DNA of 64,000 bases, taken from assembly GCA_963707955.1 (NCBI GenBank), contig OY970176.1, forward strand, positions 288,001-352,000. The letters are read 5' to 3'. The notes under the pieces are model-generated. The model worked only from the letters and a program-made list of their open reading frames with translations, did no database searches and was not told where the DNA came from. Source of the stretch: Candidatus Bathyarchaeota archaeon (lineage in GTDB: Archaea > Thermoproteota > Bathyarchaeia > Bathyarchaeales > Bathycorpusculaceae). Positions 29,357 to 40,258 of the stretch are shown here, piece after piece; position 1 is the first letter of the stretch, and every line of letters starts with the position of its first letter. A program made the translations under genes and the position numbers.

Positions 29357-29575
29357 TTAAGATTTTCTCTGATTCATAGCGTTAAAGCACTTCGCATGAT
29401 AAATCGTTCTGAAAGCATCATACTCGCCATAGGCCACATGATGCTTACTGACTGTGAGGTCACCATGCCGTAAGGCTTCACTACACAGGCAACATTCAAC
29501 ATGCTTGAACCCATCAGGATCCACAAACTTGTACACGTGAAGGGGCTTCATTGGCCTAGCCTCTGAATTTCCCAT
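29357..29575 (-). CDS. Small zinc-finger protein
   Basis: CCLC...YHAKC; architecture similar to 1923-2093. Confidence 0.65.
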   Translation of the reverse strand: MGNSEARPMKPLHVYKFVDPDGFKHVECCLCSEALRHGDLTVSKHHVAYGEYDAFRTIYHAKCFNAMNQRKS

Positions 29576-29639
29576 GTAACAGAGTTACAGAGTTTATCGA
29601 GTTCCGAGAGTGTGTGACCATCCTTTTTACCATGCTTTT

Positions 29640-31037
29640 TCATGGTAGCGCACCCTCGGAACTTAGTAAACTCTGTAACTTCGTTACAAGTTCATAACCA
29701 TACTTTTTGGCAACCTTCCTAAGCTTGATGAGATCAAACTCGTAGCCTCTGACAACTACATCCTTCCCTTCGGAATCCTTCTCTCGCATAGCCTTAGACT
29801 TTCCGCTTATAACTTCTCTTAGGCGATAACCAACTTTATTCTTCGTGACCTTGAAGAAGTCACCAGTATCCATTTCGTTTGGCTTGTTCTCATTCAGTTT
29901 TCCGTCTAATTCAAGGCCTAATTCTTCCCATATCTTCTTTAAAGGCAGAGAATAAATTTGAGCCTTAGAATCAATTTGAGCCTCGTTGCATAGGTCCACA
30001 ACTACCTTAACGATTTTGCCCTCTAAAGTGTCCTGGCGGCCGCTTAACCTGGCTTTCCTCTGGTCTTCGACAAACCGGTACAAATCGCTGTAGATTGGAA
30101 GGTCACTCGTTATCTGCAGGATAGGCTTCCACAGTTCCTTGAGTCGTCCTTTCACGGTTAACTCAACATTTGGCAAGTCCTCTTGTCTACTGGTCATTCG
30201 CCACTTCAGAAGCATGTTTCTAAGGGTCCGTATGCGTTCTTTGTCAGTTCTTGACAAGTCACACCATTCTTTTTGCGGTGAGCCTTCAACCATAGACAAA
30301 AACATGAATCTCTCGTTAAACCCCTTCACTTGCGGTATCTGTTCACTAGCGCAAGCCTTGAAACAGAATGTTCGGTAATACTTGATTATGCGAGTGAAAT
30401 TCGTCATCAGAGTCCTCGGCACTACGGCGCCTTCTTTGTATCCGGCCTTGTAAATTTTGATTTTATCCGTGTCCTTTTGGATTCCTTGAACTTCATCCTC
30501 GAGTATGCAGCCTTGACCGTCAGAATCTTCCAAGTAGCCGTAGAGGTCAGCCGAAGGAATAGTGACGCCGTACATAGGCCGGTAGCATAGGCTCTTCAAG
30601 ACTTGCAGAACAGTTGATTTGCCACTTTCGTTATCGCCATAACAGAACAGGTACGGAACGGTCTGCAGTTTCTCTTGTTGATAGGTTAACAGTGTGCAGG
30701 CTGTCAAGACGTCTTTCCAAATAGGTTCAACGTCTATCCACGTTTCAAACTCGTTTCTAACCTGTCGGGCTAATTCCTCTCTTCCCGGCGTTTCTTGTTT
30801 GCAGTAGCCGTAAGGCTCGTATGGAATGTTCTGCCTCTCTTTTGGACTGATCGTTTCCTCTGCAAACTCTATCGTTTCGACCAGGCTGAAGCTGCCACCA
30901 TTCAACCGTAGAAAATAGGGTTTATCACTGTCATAGACAGCTTCAAAGCAACCATTCGAAAGAATGCCGGAGTCTTTGAGTTTCTTCCGTTGCTTCTTGT
31001 CTTTTTCTGTTTCTTCAAGTTCTTCAGTGAAGGCCAT
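29640..31037 (-). CDS. P-loop helicase-like replication protein (DUF3631-like)
   Basis: YGDNESGKSTVL, ILEDE, KAGYKEGAVVPR; follows the primase. Confidence 0.8.
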   Translation of the reverse strand: MAFTEELEETEKDKKQRKKLKDSGILSNGCFEAVYDSDKPYFLRLNGGSFSLVETIEFAEETISPKERQNIPYEPYGYCKQETPGREELARQVRNEFETWIDVEPIWKDVLTACTLLTYQQEKLQTVPYLFCYGDNESGKSTVLQVLKSLCYRPMYGVTIPSADLYGYLEDSDGQGCILEDEVQGIQKDTDKIKIYKAGYKEGAVVPRTLMTNFTRIIKYYRTFCFKACASEQIPQVKGFNERFMFLSMVEGSPQKEWCDLSRTDKERIRTLRNMLLKWRMTSRQEDLPNVELTVKGRLKELWKPILQITSDLPIYSDLYRFVEDQRKARLSGRQDTLEGKIVKVVVDLCNEAQIDSKAQIYSLPLKKIWEELGLELDGKLNENKPNEMDTGDFFKVTKNKVGYRLREVISGKSKAMREKDSEGKDVVVRGYEFDLIKLRKVAKKYGYELVTKLQSLLSSEGALP

Positions 31038-32019
31038 GTTTCTTTATCTCCTGCACGACTTCGCGGATCCCTGATATTCCTTTGAGGCATCTTTTGAGGC
31101 GGTTCTGATAGTGATAGTCAACTGAAGCAAGTCTAATGGCTCTTTGATCGTCACCGGTTCTCAGAACGACCTCTTCAATTATGCGTCTTGCCGATTCAAT
31201 GGAAACGCCTTTCCTCAGGCAGAAACCGAGAAAGTACATTTCAAGGTCGTTACGATAACCATGTATCCAATACTTGCACAGAAACGCTACGGATTTTTCC
31301 TCTTCCCTATTGCTTAATGGCTTGAAAGTCTTAGGCAGATTAAACATGGCTTGAACGTTGCTTTTCTGTTTTAAACTCAATATTCTCGCTATATCTGCTT
31401 CGCTGAAGCTGATGCCTTGAAAATCTGATAAGTACGTGTTCGGTAGAGGCGTCCAGGCTTCATGATCAAGTATTCTGGACCACTTCTGTTCTTTTTGGTG
31501 AAGGCCTAGAGGCAGCTTAACGAAGTTGCCGTAAGGCCGGTCTTCTGTCAACTCTGTTTGCTTCGGGAAAACCTCAACTTCCTTAGGATTCAAGTTTGAG
31601 AGCTCAAGTATGCGGTAGCCTAGCCACTGCGCCACTTTCGCGTCGACTGCAGGCGCGAAGAATATCCACACGTGAAAACTCGGATCAGAATATCGGCTTG
31701 CTTCCAACATGACGGCAGAAGGCCATATTCTAGGCTTCGGGGTTCCTTCCTCTTCCTTCACTTCGAAAATAACCGGCAGCAACTTGAGGACTGTTGTTTT
31801 CGGTTCTTTCAGTTTTTCCGGGTCAAAGTCAAAGCATAGGTACTTGACCGTGTTATCTGTGCCTAATTGATAGCTGCCAACAGTCTTACGACCCTGCAAG
31901 TGGTCGTTAAGCTGTTGAAAGGTCAACGGTTCCGCTATTCGACTGTAGCTTCCATCCTTATTCTGTTGACAATAACAGTCTTCCCGGTTCACGAAGAGGT
32001 CATGCAAATCAACGGCCAT
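31024..32019 (-). CDS. Archaeo-eukaryotic primase (Prim-Pol) with primase C-terminal helical domain
   Basis: CFDFD, FHVWIFF, EVFPKQ, GNFVKLPLG, GYRND. Confidence 0.88.
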   Translation of the reverse strand: MAVDLHDLFVNREDCYCQQNKDGSYSRIAEPLTFQQLNDHLQGRKTVGSYQLGTDNTVKYLCFDFDPEKLKEPKTTVLKLLPVIFEVKEEEGTPKPRIWPSAVMLEASRYSDPSFHVWIFFAPAVDAKVAQWLGYRILELSNLNPKEVEVFPKQTELTEDRPYGNFVKLPLGLHQKEQKWSRILDHEAWTPLPNTYLSDFQGISFSEADIARILSLKQKSNVQAMFNLPKTFKPLSNREEEKSVAFLCKYWIHGYRNDLEMYFLGFCLRKGVSIESARRIIEEVVLRTGDDQRAIRLASVDYHYQNRLKRCLKGISGIREVVQEIKKHGLH

Positions 32020-32030
32020 GCAGAGAACAC

Positions 32031-32168
32031 CTAAGCGCGCGCTAGCTCCTCTTGAATCAATGAATCTACAACGCCGGAAGCGGTTTTCTGTTCCAGGTCC
32101 CGGCGCTTTCTCTTGACCGCTAAAATCTTGTCCAGGTCAATCGCAACAATGGCCGTTTTGCTTGACAT
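32031..32168 (-). CDS. Small RHH-like protein (45 aa)
   Basis: Not in track: MSSKTAIVAIDLDKILAVKRKRRDLEQKTASGVVDSLIQEELARA. Confidence 0.6.
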   Translation of the reverse strand: MSSKTAIVAIDLDKILAVKRKRRDLEQKTASGVVDSLIQEELARA

Positions 32169-32169
32169 G

Positions 32170-32307
32170 TTAGACCTCTTTCAAGAATTGCTGAATTGCT
32201 GTTCGAATGGCCTCTGAAAGTGACTTGAACTTTCCTTCTTTGATTAGCTGTTCAATCCTTGTGCGTTGGTCCGGCTCTAGCCTAGTCGTTATGCGTAGGT
32301 TCTTCAT
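32170..32307 (-). CDS. CopG-like RHH protein (45 aa)
   Basis: Not in track: MKNLRITTRLEPDQRTRIEQLIKEGKFKSLSEAIRTAIQQFLKEV. Confidence 0.85.
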   Translation of the reverse strand: MKNLRITTRLEPDQRTRIEQLIKEGKFKSLSEAIRTAIQQFLKEV

Positions 32308-32321
32308 TTTTAACATCAACT

Positions 32322-32349
32322 TGTCCGAAGGCATTAAATGTCCGAAGGC
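32322..32349. promoter_or_regulatory. Operator-like direct repeat around an AT-rich TATA-like spacer
   Basis: TGTCCGAAGGC at 32322-32332 and 32339-32349 flanking ATTAAA, between divergent RHH genes. Confidence 0.6.
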
Positions 32350-32387
32350 TCAAAAAGATTTCATACACACGAAACTAAGGCGATAAC

Positions 32388-32744
32388 TTGAGCTGGATGA
32401 GTAATAGGACCGGAAGGCCAAAAAAAGAGCATGGACATAAAAGACGCAACCTCAGCCTCAACGAATTTACGAATTATGCGCTAGACATCATAAAACCATA
32501 CAGCAACATGTCAAAGTTTGTGGAAGAAGAACTGAGGCCAGGCTTAATTAGTGCCATCCACAAGGTCAAGGCCGATATTATGAAGGACCTCTCGAAAGAT
32601 AAGAGCCTAGTCGGGCGAATGTTATACAGAATCTTTGAGGCTGTCTTTGACGTCTTTCCTCTCGAACCATGCACTTCGAACTTTTCTAGCCTAAATCTAA
32701 CGCCTTTTGTCGAAATAGGCATTTCTTCAACATACACGCTTTAA
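32388..32744 (+). CDS. Divergent RHH-like regulator
   Basis: GRPKK...RRNLSLN...NMSKFVEEEL. Confidence 0.65.
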   Translation: MSWMSNRTGRPKKEHGHKRRNLSLNEFTNYALDIIKPYSNMSKFVEEELRPGLISAIHKVKADIMKDLSKDKSLVGRMLYRIFEAVFDVFPLEPCTSNFSSLNLTPFVEIGISSTYTL

Positions 32745-32870
32745 AAAAGCGAAGACGCTGCGTTCGAGGCGCAAATAACCAAAGAAGCCTATTCCTTACG
32801 TTAAGCATGTTGGAACTCTAAGCAAAAGCCTCAGTTTAAGGCGGTTTGAAGAAAAGCGGCTAAGTCCATC

Positions 32871-32899
32871 GATTTTCAACGGTTCTTCTATGAGGCCCC
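32871..32899 (+). repeat. attR direct repeat of element 2
   Basis: GATTTTCaaCGGTTCTTCTATGAGGCCCC. Confidence 0.92.
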
Positions 32900-33246
32900 A
32901 GCGAAGTCCATGCCTTGCCCTCAAGAGTGAAGGAAACTGGCCAAAATCTCTTTGCTTTCGCTCAAGGGAGCTTGCTTTGGGGTTTTCTGTTTCGTGTCCG
33001 TTGTGAAAAACTGTCAGCTGTTGCTGAAGGGTAGTTTTACGGCTGAACTTCGTACTCTAATCTGGCCTATTTTGCAGGGTTTATGTTGGGAATTCGCCGT
33101 TTTCATGAAAATGGGCCTGTCGGTTTTCGAAACGCTTTCAAAACGTAGCACTGTTCGAAACGCGCATTCTGCATGGTTAGAAGCTCATGTTATCAGTTTC
33201 TTCATATTGCTGATTTTGAAATACCACTTTAATTGCTCATCGCACT

Positions 33247-35555
33247 GTGTTTTTTGTCAGAGAAAAGATAGCAAAGGTGCCAGTCTTGCCGCCAAGCTGT
33301 TTTGGAGATGACGTTGAAACCCTTGAGAGGAACGTCAACGGAAGGAGAGTCAGTGTGAAGTGGGACTGGGGGAGCTTTGGGAGCACTGAAGGCTTTCCTG
33401 TTGATGACAACCTGATAAACTGGGCCATTGGACAAGACCAGGCCCTGAAAGAATGTTTCTTATGCCTAGATGAGTGGGTGCACAAGCTCAAGTGGCTAGA
33501 GAAGAACGAGTGGTACACGAACTGGAGTAGTCCTGACAAGTCTAAAGCCTCTGTCAAGACGCTGATCAGTCCTGGACCCTATCTCATGCTGCTGGGAGAT
33601 CCTGGAACAGGGAAATCGCTGATCGGTAGGGCCCTGTCGGAAAAGTTGACGCAAGTGTACAGCGAAAACGGCATACGATTGGCCGACGCGCTTTGTTGGA
33701 AAAACTCGGTGTTGCCCAGTCAACCCAAGATTTCGATCCACAAGGCTGGTGAAGGAAAGAAGATTGTTCAAAAAGAACAGCTCAAGGACCTTAAGAGGAA
33801 ATTCCTCACGAGGGTGGGGTTCAAGGCTCTGCAGATTTTGATGGTGGCTATGGGCTTGTTCTTGATTTGCCTCGGGTTTTACTTCATCTACCAGGGCTGG
33901 GTTACTTGGCAGTCGAACCCGCCCTATTCGGGCGAGACTCTTCAGCAATTCTACGGCAACAGTTTCCTATCTTATCTCATCGCACAGTTCGTCGGCCTAG
34001 TTCCTCTGACTTTCATCCCAGGTGGAAGCCTTGTGTTCTTCGGAGTTTTCTTGTGGTGGCTTTCCAAGATGGGTGGAATGGCAAACCTCAAGGGTATCGG
34101 AGGCGCCCAACAGTCTGACGCTCCGAAGCTGATCGTCGACAACAGTTCCGGCTATGCGCCTTTTATTGACGCGACGGGACATAGGACTGCCCAGCTTTTC
34201 GGTTCAATAGCTTGGGATCCGTATCAAACTGGCGGCTTGGGCACTCCTGAGCATCAGAGGGTTAGTGCTGGAGACGTGCACGTGGCGTCTTTGGGCATCC
34301 TTTACATAGACGAGATAAAGAACCTTGACGCTGAGGAAACCGTAACGCTGCTGACAGTGCTGGAAGACGGACAGCTGCCGATAACTTTGCGAGGCAGATT
34401 CAACGGCGGAGACACGGCGGCAATGGCAGTTTCAACGGAACCCGTTCCTTCGATAACGTTTCTTGTCGGCGCTGGGAACTTTGACAGCATAGGACAGATT
34501 CATCCTGCTCTCATGGACAGAATATACGGATACGGCAAAGTCGTGCGCATGAACAACGACATGCCGAACACCATCGAAAACAGGCGCAAGTACGTTCAGT
34601 TTATAACACAGGAGGTCAAACGCTTCAACCTCATCCCGTTCACCAGAGACGCATGCGAAGAAATAGTTGAGGAAGGCAGACGAAGAAGCGACAAAAAGTA
34701 TGCGTTAACAACAAAGTTCAGACCGCTGATCTCGATCATTAAGACCGCTTCGACGCTGGCGATGAATGAGAATGCCGCGATCGTGGAAAGAAGACACGTG
34801 ATTGAAGCCGTTGAACAGCATTGTAAGACCATCCAGAGGCAGATACTCGAGCACAGCATTCAAGAGAGGGGAAACTCCTGGAGATCGAACCAAAGGGAGC
34901 CAAGCTGGGACAAATACACGGCCTAGCCGTTGTCCAAGACTCCTACAGCGGTGAAATGACGGGCAGCGTGTTGAACGTGAAGGCTCAAATGGTCAAGAGA
35001 AGCGCGCTTGCAAGAGACTACTCCTTCAAAGGATACTACAAAGTGACGGGGGCCGCCAAAGGTCAGAGCTTCATTTCAGACAGCATAGCCAAAGTTAGAA
35101 GCGTGATTCTGCAGAAGTACGGCGTGGACATCGCGCAGGACTATCTCACCCACATCGACTTTGCGCAGTCTTACGGCATAGATGGACCATCAGCGGGCGT
35201 TACGATGGCGATTCTGCTGTGCTCACTTATCGAGGGAAAACCGATAAGACAGGACGTCGCAGTCACAGGAGAAATCAACCTTGGCGTTGGAGAATCCATT
35301 CAGGTAACGGCCGTCGGAGGCGTCTACGAGAAGATCAAGTCCGCAGAAGCATGGGGGTTCAAGAAAGTTGTCATTCCGCAAAAAAACTATGAGAATTCCA
35401 TAGACATCAGGGACTACAAGATTGAAGTCGCTCCTGCGGCAACCTTGGACGATTATTTGAAGGCGTGTCTCGTTGAGACGCCTGTGCTCAAGGTTCCAGT
35501 CCAGGCTTGGAGGCGCAACGTGCGGGCTAACGCTACGAGAAGCGCCAGAATGTAG
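33247..35555 (+). CDS. lonB: Archaeal membrane-bound Lon protease (LonB); frameshift at ~34873
   Basis: GDPGTGKS, TM insert, GILYIDEI, IDGPSAG and catalytic K; adding one A at GGAAAC restores GKLLEIEPKGAKLGQIHGLAVV. Confidence 0.9.
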
Positions 35556-35738
35556 CACCCGGACTGATTCTTCAGCCACCTCTTACCACTCCTCGGGAAT
35601 TCTTTTAGTTTTCTTGGCTAGACTCTTCCGATTCCTCAAATCGCCACGTTCACGGCACGCGTAGCCACAGGCTCAATACTTTTTTATCTCTAGCTTTACC
35701 AACATTACTCTGTAGTCGCTTGCTAGAAGAGCCTTCTG

Positions 35739-36170
35739 ATGATCAGGGAAGTCGACAAAGACGCGATTCGCAGATGGCGTAAAAGAGGTTTTTACAGCGA
35801 AAACGCTCTGGTGAAGCTTCTTCAGAAGAACGGCTACTATTCTGTGCGGGTTCCAGTGAGCAACCCGAGCCTCAACCCCTTGCCAGACGTTATGGCCAGA
35901 AGAGGCTTGGACATGTACGCTTTTGAGGTCAAGAACGCAGGATACTATGCCTACTTCCCTAAACAGCAGGTCGAAAAACTCTTTAGGTTTCTCAACGAGC
36001 TCATCCCCGCGGATAATGAGCATAAACATGCCGTGCTCGCTGCTCATCTCGGCAAGAAATGGATCTTTAAGGAAATATGCTGGAGAGACTACGAGAAGGG
36101 AAAACTTCAAGAGAAGGTAAGGATTCTGAAGCGCGACAGAGGAAACATCAACCTGACAAGAGGAGGATGA
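35739..36170 (+). CDS. hjc: Hjc-type Holliday junction resolvase
   Basis: RG...E..L, VRVPVS, PDVMA, FEVK. Confidence 0.8.
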   Translation: MIREVDKDAIRRWRKRGFYSENALVKLLQKNGYYSVRVPVSNPSLNPLPDVMARRGLDMYAFEVKNAGYYAYFPKQQVEKLFRFLNELIPADNEHKHAVLAAHLGKKWIFKEICWRDYEKGKLQEKVRILKRDRGNINLTRGG

Positions 36171-36865
36171 TTAAAATGAAGACTTCCGAAGCAGCGGTCC
36201 AAGCATCTGTCCTTTGCAAAACATACGAGACGACTGATTCAAAAGTCGAAGTCTTAAAAGACGTAGAGTTGAGGGTCGGAGAGGGCGAATTCACGGTTGT
36301 TGGTGGTCCTTCAGGCTCGGGGAAGACAACACTTCTTAACATGATCGGCGGCATCGACAGGCCGACAAGCGGGAAAATCGTCGTCTTTTCGGAGGATCTG
36401 GCGGCAAGAGACGAAGATTTCTTGGCCAATTTCAGATGTACGAAGGTCGGTTTCGTTTTTCAGTCCTACAACCTAGTTTCAACTCTTACCGTAGCCGAAA
36501 ATGTCGCGTTTCCGATGGAGTGGCTGAGGAAACCTGAAGGTCAGATAAAGAAGCTCGTCGACGAGCTCTTAGAAGTTGTGGGCCTCCGGCAGAGGTCAGA
36601 GCACTTTCCATTTCAGCTCAGCGGCGGTGAGCAGCAACGCGTCGCCTTTGCCCGTGCATTAGCTAACAACCCACCGTTGCTTCTGGTTGACGAACCCACT
36701 GGTAACCTGGACAAGAAAACAAGTGCCAAGATCGTGCAAATGTTAGAGACTTTGAAAAATGAGGGAAAAACAATCATCGTTGCCACTCACGACGAAGGGA
36801 TCTCTAAGCTGGCAGATCAAAAGCTTTGGTTAGAAGACGGGAAACTGATGACTCAGAATGAGTGA
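36167..36865 (+). CDS. ABC transporter ATP-binding protein (LolD/MacB-like)
   Basis: [25 protein letters not shown]. Confidence 0.95.
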   Translation: MIKMKTSEAAVQASVLCKTYETTDSKVEVLKDVELRVGEGEFTVVGGPSGSGKTTLLNMIGGIDRPTSGKIVVFSEDLAARDEDFLANFRCTKVGFVFQSYNLVSTLTVAENVAFPMEWLRKPEGQIKKLVDELLEVVGLRQRSEHFPFQLSGGEQQRVAFARALANNPPLLLVDEPTGNLDKKTSAKIVQMLETLKNEGKTIIVATHDEGISKLADQKLWLEDGKLMTQNE

Positions 36866-38723
36866 AACATCCTTTCCGGTCAATGACCTGCTTCGAAGGA
36901 AGCTTCAGACAGCCCTCGTCGTTGCCAGCCTGGCGTTGTCTGTCGCTTCAACCCTTTTCCTGCTTCTTTTTGCAGAAAAGATCGGGTTTAGCGTTTCGTT
37001 GATGGTTGAGGGCAAACTGACGGCGGGCTTTTCCGCTGCCTTCTCCCCTTTCATCCTGTTGTTGGTCGTTTTGATTCTCATTGCGGGCGCGGTCATGGTG
37101 TCTTTCATGACTTCTTTGATGATTTCTCGGAGGATAAAGGACATTGGACTCATGAAGGCGGCGGGGTGTCCGAACGACTTGGTCTTCGGCTATTTTCTCA
37201 CAGAGCTCTTAGTCGTCATCTTTTCTGGCTGTTTTTTAGGGACCCTGCTGGGATTATTGGCTGATTTTGCTTCAACAAGTGTTTTCGGTAGCCTCGGTCT
37301 TCAGGCGCCGCAGGTTCCCTTAGACTTGTGGCTAGTTCTTGGCGTATTCGCCTTGTACTTTGTCATCGCATTGGTTGTCGGTGCCAAGCCCGTTTACAGC
37401 GCTTCGAGGGTTGAACCGGCTAAGGCAGTTTCACCAACGTACTACCTTGGACTGGGGAAGGGGTCGAGTTTTAAGGTGCTCTCAAAGTCAAGTCTAGCCT
37501 TCAGAGTTGCACTGAGAAGCCTCATACGTCACAAGTCTGCGACTGTCAAGATCGTGGTCTGCCTGAGCATTGTCTTCACGCTCCTCACCGTCGGCGTTGC
37601 AGGAGGATTGATAGCCGATCAGACCACAGAAAGATGGGTTGAAAAAGCCATAGGTCGAAACACAGTTTTGATCGCGCAGCAAGACATGGGCGAGCAGTAC
37701 GAACTGCTGCTGAAGGAATTTTATGAAGGAAGCACCGCTACACAGTTCAATTACACTGATGAGAGATACGTCATACCTGAGAATCTCCTCGAGAATCTTT
37801 CCTCTTTGTACGGGGATAGCCGTATAGATGCTCGCATCGTTCTTGAAGCGCCCGTGACAGAAGTTGAAGGATATGCCTATAATGGGGAGACCTCGGCGAA
37901 TATCACAACCGTCGGAGATTCTCGGACGGGGCAGTCCCTCGTGGAGGGCGTCGAACCCGGAAGACCGTTGAATGACTGGGTTCTGGATGGCAGTTTCCTG
38001 AACGCGACCTGGGAGGTCGTCGTGGGCGATACTCTCTCCAAGAATTTGTTCTCTGACCCATTGGCCCAGGGGTTGAGAGTGCTTGGCAGGAGTCTAAGCG
38101 TCGTCGGTGTTTGCCTTGATCCCATCAACAACGGAAAGGTTGCTTACGTCTCCTTCCAAGCGCTGCAGAACGCATCAGGCGTGCTCGGACCAAACGTTGT
38201 ACTGCTGAAACCCCCCCCATCGGCTGACCGAACAGCTTTCTTGAATCAATTAAATGCCACTGTCAAGGCAGTGAACCCAGAATTTGCAGTCTTTGACCTT
38301 AACGACGTATTGGACAAGTGCCTCAGCTTCGTGGGCTACATGTGGTCGACGGTGATGATTCTGCCCTTGTTCTCCCTGGTCGCGGCTTCACTCTGTTTAG
38401 TGGGCTACGTGATGCTGGCCGTGGATGAGCAGCGCCAGGAATTCGGTGTTCTAAGGGCTGTAGGAGCAAAGCCTAGCATGGTTCTCAACGTCGTTTCTGG
38501 ACAGAGCCTGTTCGTCCTGCTGTCGAGCTACGGCGTCGGGATAGCCTTCGGCATAATCGCCACTTTGCTGATTTTGGTTCAACAACCGCTCGTCACGGTG
38601 TACACTGTCTTCGAGATCTCGGGGTTGCTGACGGTTGCCTTGGTAGCAACGTTCGTTTCAAGCCTTTACCCTGCCTTAAGATTTGCGAGGAAGCCTTTGC
38701 TGGAGATGATGAGGCAAACATGA
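36858..38723 (+). CDS. ABC transporter permease (FtsX/MacB-like)
   Basis: Two FtsX-like TM blocks (DIGLMKAAG, EFGVLRAVGA). Confidence 0.9.
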   Translation: MSETSFPVNDLLRRKLQTALVVASLALSVASTLFLLLFAEKIGFSVSLMVEGKLTAGFSAAFSPFILLLVVLILIAGAVMVSFMTSLMISRRIKDIGLMKAAGCPNDLVFGYFLTELLVVIFSGCFLGTLLGLLADFASTSVFGSLGLQAPQVPLDLWLVLGVFALYFVIALVVGAKPVYSASRVEPAKAVSPTYYLGLGKGSSFKVLSKSSLAFRVALRSLIRHKSATVKIVVCLSIVFTLLTVGVAGGLIADQTTERWVEKAIGRNTVLIAQQDMGEQYELLLKEFYEGSTATQFNYTDERYVIPENLLENLSSLYGDSRIDARIVLEAPVTEVEGYAYNGETSANITTVGDSRTGQSLVEGVEPGRPLNDWVLDGSFLNATWEVVVGDTLSKNLFSDPLAQGLRVLGRSLSVVGVCLDPINNGKVAYVSFQALQNASGVLGPNVVLLKPPPSADRTAFLNQLNATVKAVNPEFAVFDLNDVLDKCLSFVGYMWSTVMILPLFSLVAASLCLVGYVMLAVDEQRQEFGVLRAVGAKPSMVLNVVSGQSLFVLLSSYGVGIAFGIIATLLILVQQPLVTVYTVFEISGLLTVALVATFVSSLYPALRFARKPLLEMMRQT

Positions 38724-38745
38724 CCGATTCTTGTGAAAAGCCGTC

Positions 38746-39463
38746 TCACTGAAGACTGTTTCTTGAATAATCTTTTAGGCCATTTGCGCTGAGACAAAGT
38801 AACGAGTCCACATACGCTGGCAGTTGATTCAAAAAATCCTGCAGTTGAAGGACTGGGACGACAGGAACTCCTTTGTAGAATTTGAACTTGTCGAAGGTGA
38901 GAGACAAGACAGCAGGCACAAACTTTGCGGTGCCCGAAGAAAGGAACTCGATCTTTACAGCGGGATTTGGCAACGACATAACCAGCGCGCGCGTTCGTTC
39001 TGTCTGCTGCTCAGCAATCCTCTCTGCTGCTGACCTTTGCAGCCCATGGTGCCAGTGTTTGCAGTCCAAACACACGACTGTTGGACTCTTCCAGCCCGAC
39101 GATGTCCATTTCCCATCTGCGACCACCATGTTTAAAGTGCAGATTCCTCACCACAGTGTAACCATTGCTCTCCAACGCAACCGCGGCGATACCTTCAAAC
39201 TCTTTCCACTGAAGAAAACCGCTCACTCTTTCAAGGTCGCCACCTGATTTTAACGCGCGAACAGCCAACCGAAGGCGCTGCACGCTGCTAACCTCCACCA
39301 CACTCTCATGGAGATAAACGAGTCCATCACTTTGCAGTCTTCGAAGCAATTTCCCTACGAGACTTGCTGGGAGCCTGGCCTCCTTATTGATTACTTTTTG
39401 TGAGACAGGCCCGTCTTTTGTCAACTTCAGTATTGAAATTAGCAAGTCGCTTTCAATGTTCAA
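38746..39463 (-). CDS. wHTH + PD-(D/E)xK restriction-endonuclease-like protein; frameshift near 39095
   Basis: WKEFE...WEMDIVG in one frame continuing VVCLDCKHW in another. Confidence 0.7.
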
Positions 39464-39640
39464 GTTTGGCCCCCCAATATTTCACATGAGGATGTCTAGG
39501 AATCGGCCAGACAAGCATCAGTTTAAAAGCTTTGCGGCACACAACTACACCGTTGAGCAGATGATGTTCACGTTTGTTCCTGCTTATCCCGTGGATTCTG
39601 CATAATCTTAATACTCGCTTGGTGTTCCACGCCAATTGGT

Positions 39641-40258
39641 TTATGAACGTTTGAGCATGACTTCCGCTTTCTCCAGGTCTAGAGCAGTGTTGACGTTAAA
39701 GAACGTTCTCAGCCGCGGGTCTAACTGCTCGAGCACCAAGGTTGAGACATAACGTACTCTTTGCAGCTTATCTACCATCGCCTGCAGGTTCAACTTGCCC
39801 GAAAGCAATGCGTTTCTGGCGGCTTCCAACGCGGGTCTCGTACAGTACGCTGCCTGGAGGGGTTCTATGTAGCAGTTAGGCCATCGAGGGACAGCTGCGT
39901 TTCTGTTTATGCACAGTTCTAACAGAAGGTGGAGAATGTCCCTTGAAACGAATGGCGTGTCGCATGGGAGGAGGAGCGAATACTTCCCTTTTGCGCGTTC
40001 AAAGCCGGTTGTCGCACCTGCCAGCGGGCCTTGTACTCCAGCGTCGTCAATGAGAACATTGGCATCTTCGCCTAGGACATTTGAATACCTCTCAGCCTGA
40101 ACCTTTGAGCTTACAACCACCAGTCTTTCGTCAACAAGGTCTTTGGTCTTGTCCATAACGTGTTTTACAAGAGGCCTGTTCGACAATTGAACAAGTCCTT
40201 TGTCTCGGCCTAGCCTGCTGGAAAACCCGCCTGCCAGTATGATTGCTGATCTTTCCAA
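39641..40258 (-). CDS. mobA: Molybdenum cofactor guanylyltransferase
   Basis: ILAGGFSSRLGRDKG, GPLAG, CDTPF, FFNVNT. Confidence 0.93.
   Translation of the reverse strand: MERSAIILAGGFSSRLGRDKGLVQLSNRPLVKHVMDKTKDLVDERLVVVSSKVQAERYSNVLGEDANVLIDDAGVQGPLAGATTGFERAKGKYSLLLPCDTPFVSRDILHLLLELCINRNAAVPRWPNCYIEPLQAAYCTRPALEAARNALLSGKLNLQAMVDKLQRVRYVSTLVLEQLDPRLRTFFNVNTALDLEKAEVMLKRS

Larger units (their letters stand above)
26932..32899. mobile_element. Integrated 5.9-kb element 2 (plasmid/virus-like)
   Basis: Flanking att repeats, terminal tyrosine integrase, primase-helicase replicon, RHH regulators. Confidence 0.9.

Noticed and set aside
34860-34880. Programmed frameshift in lonB
   Set aside because: GGGGAAAC is only weakly slippery, and many unrelated indels in the window point to assembly error.
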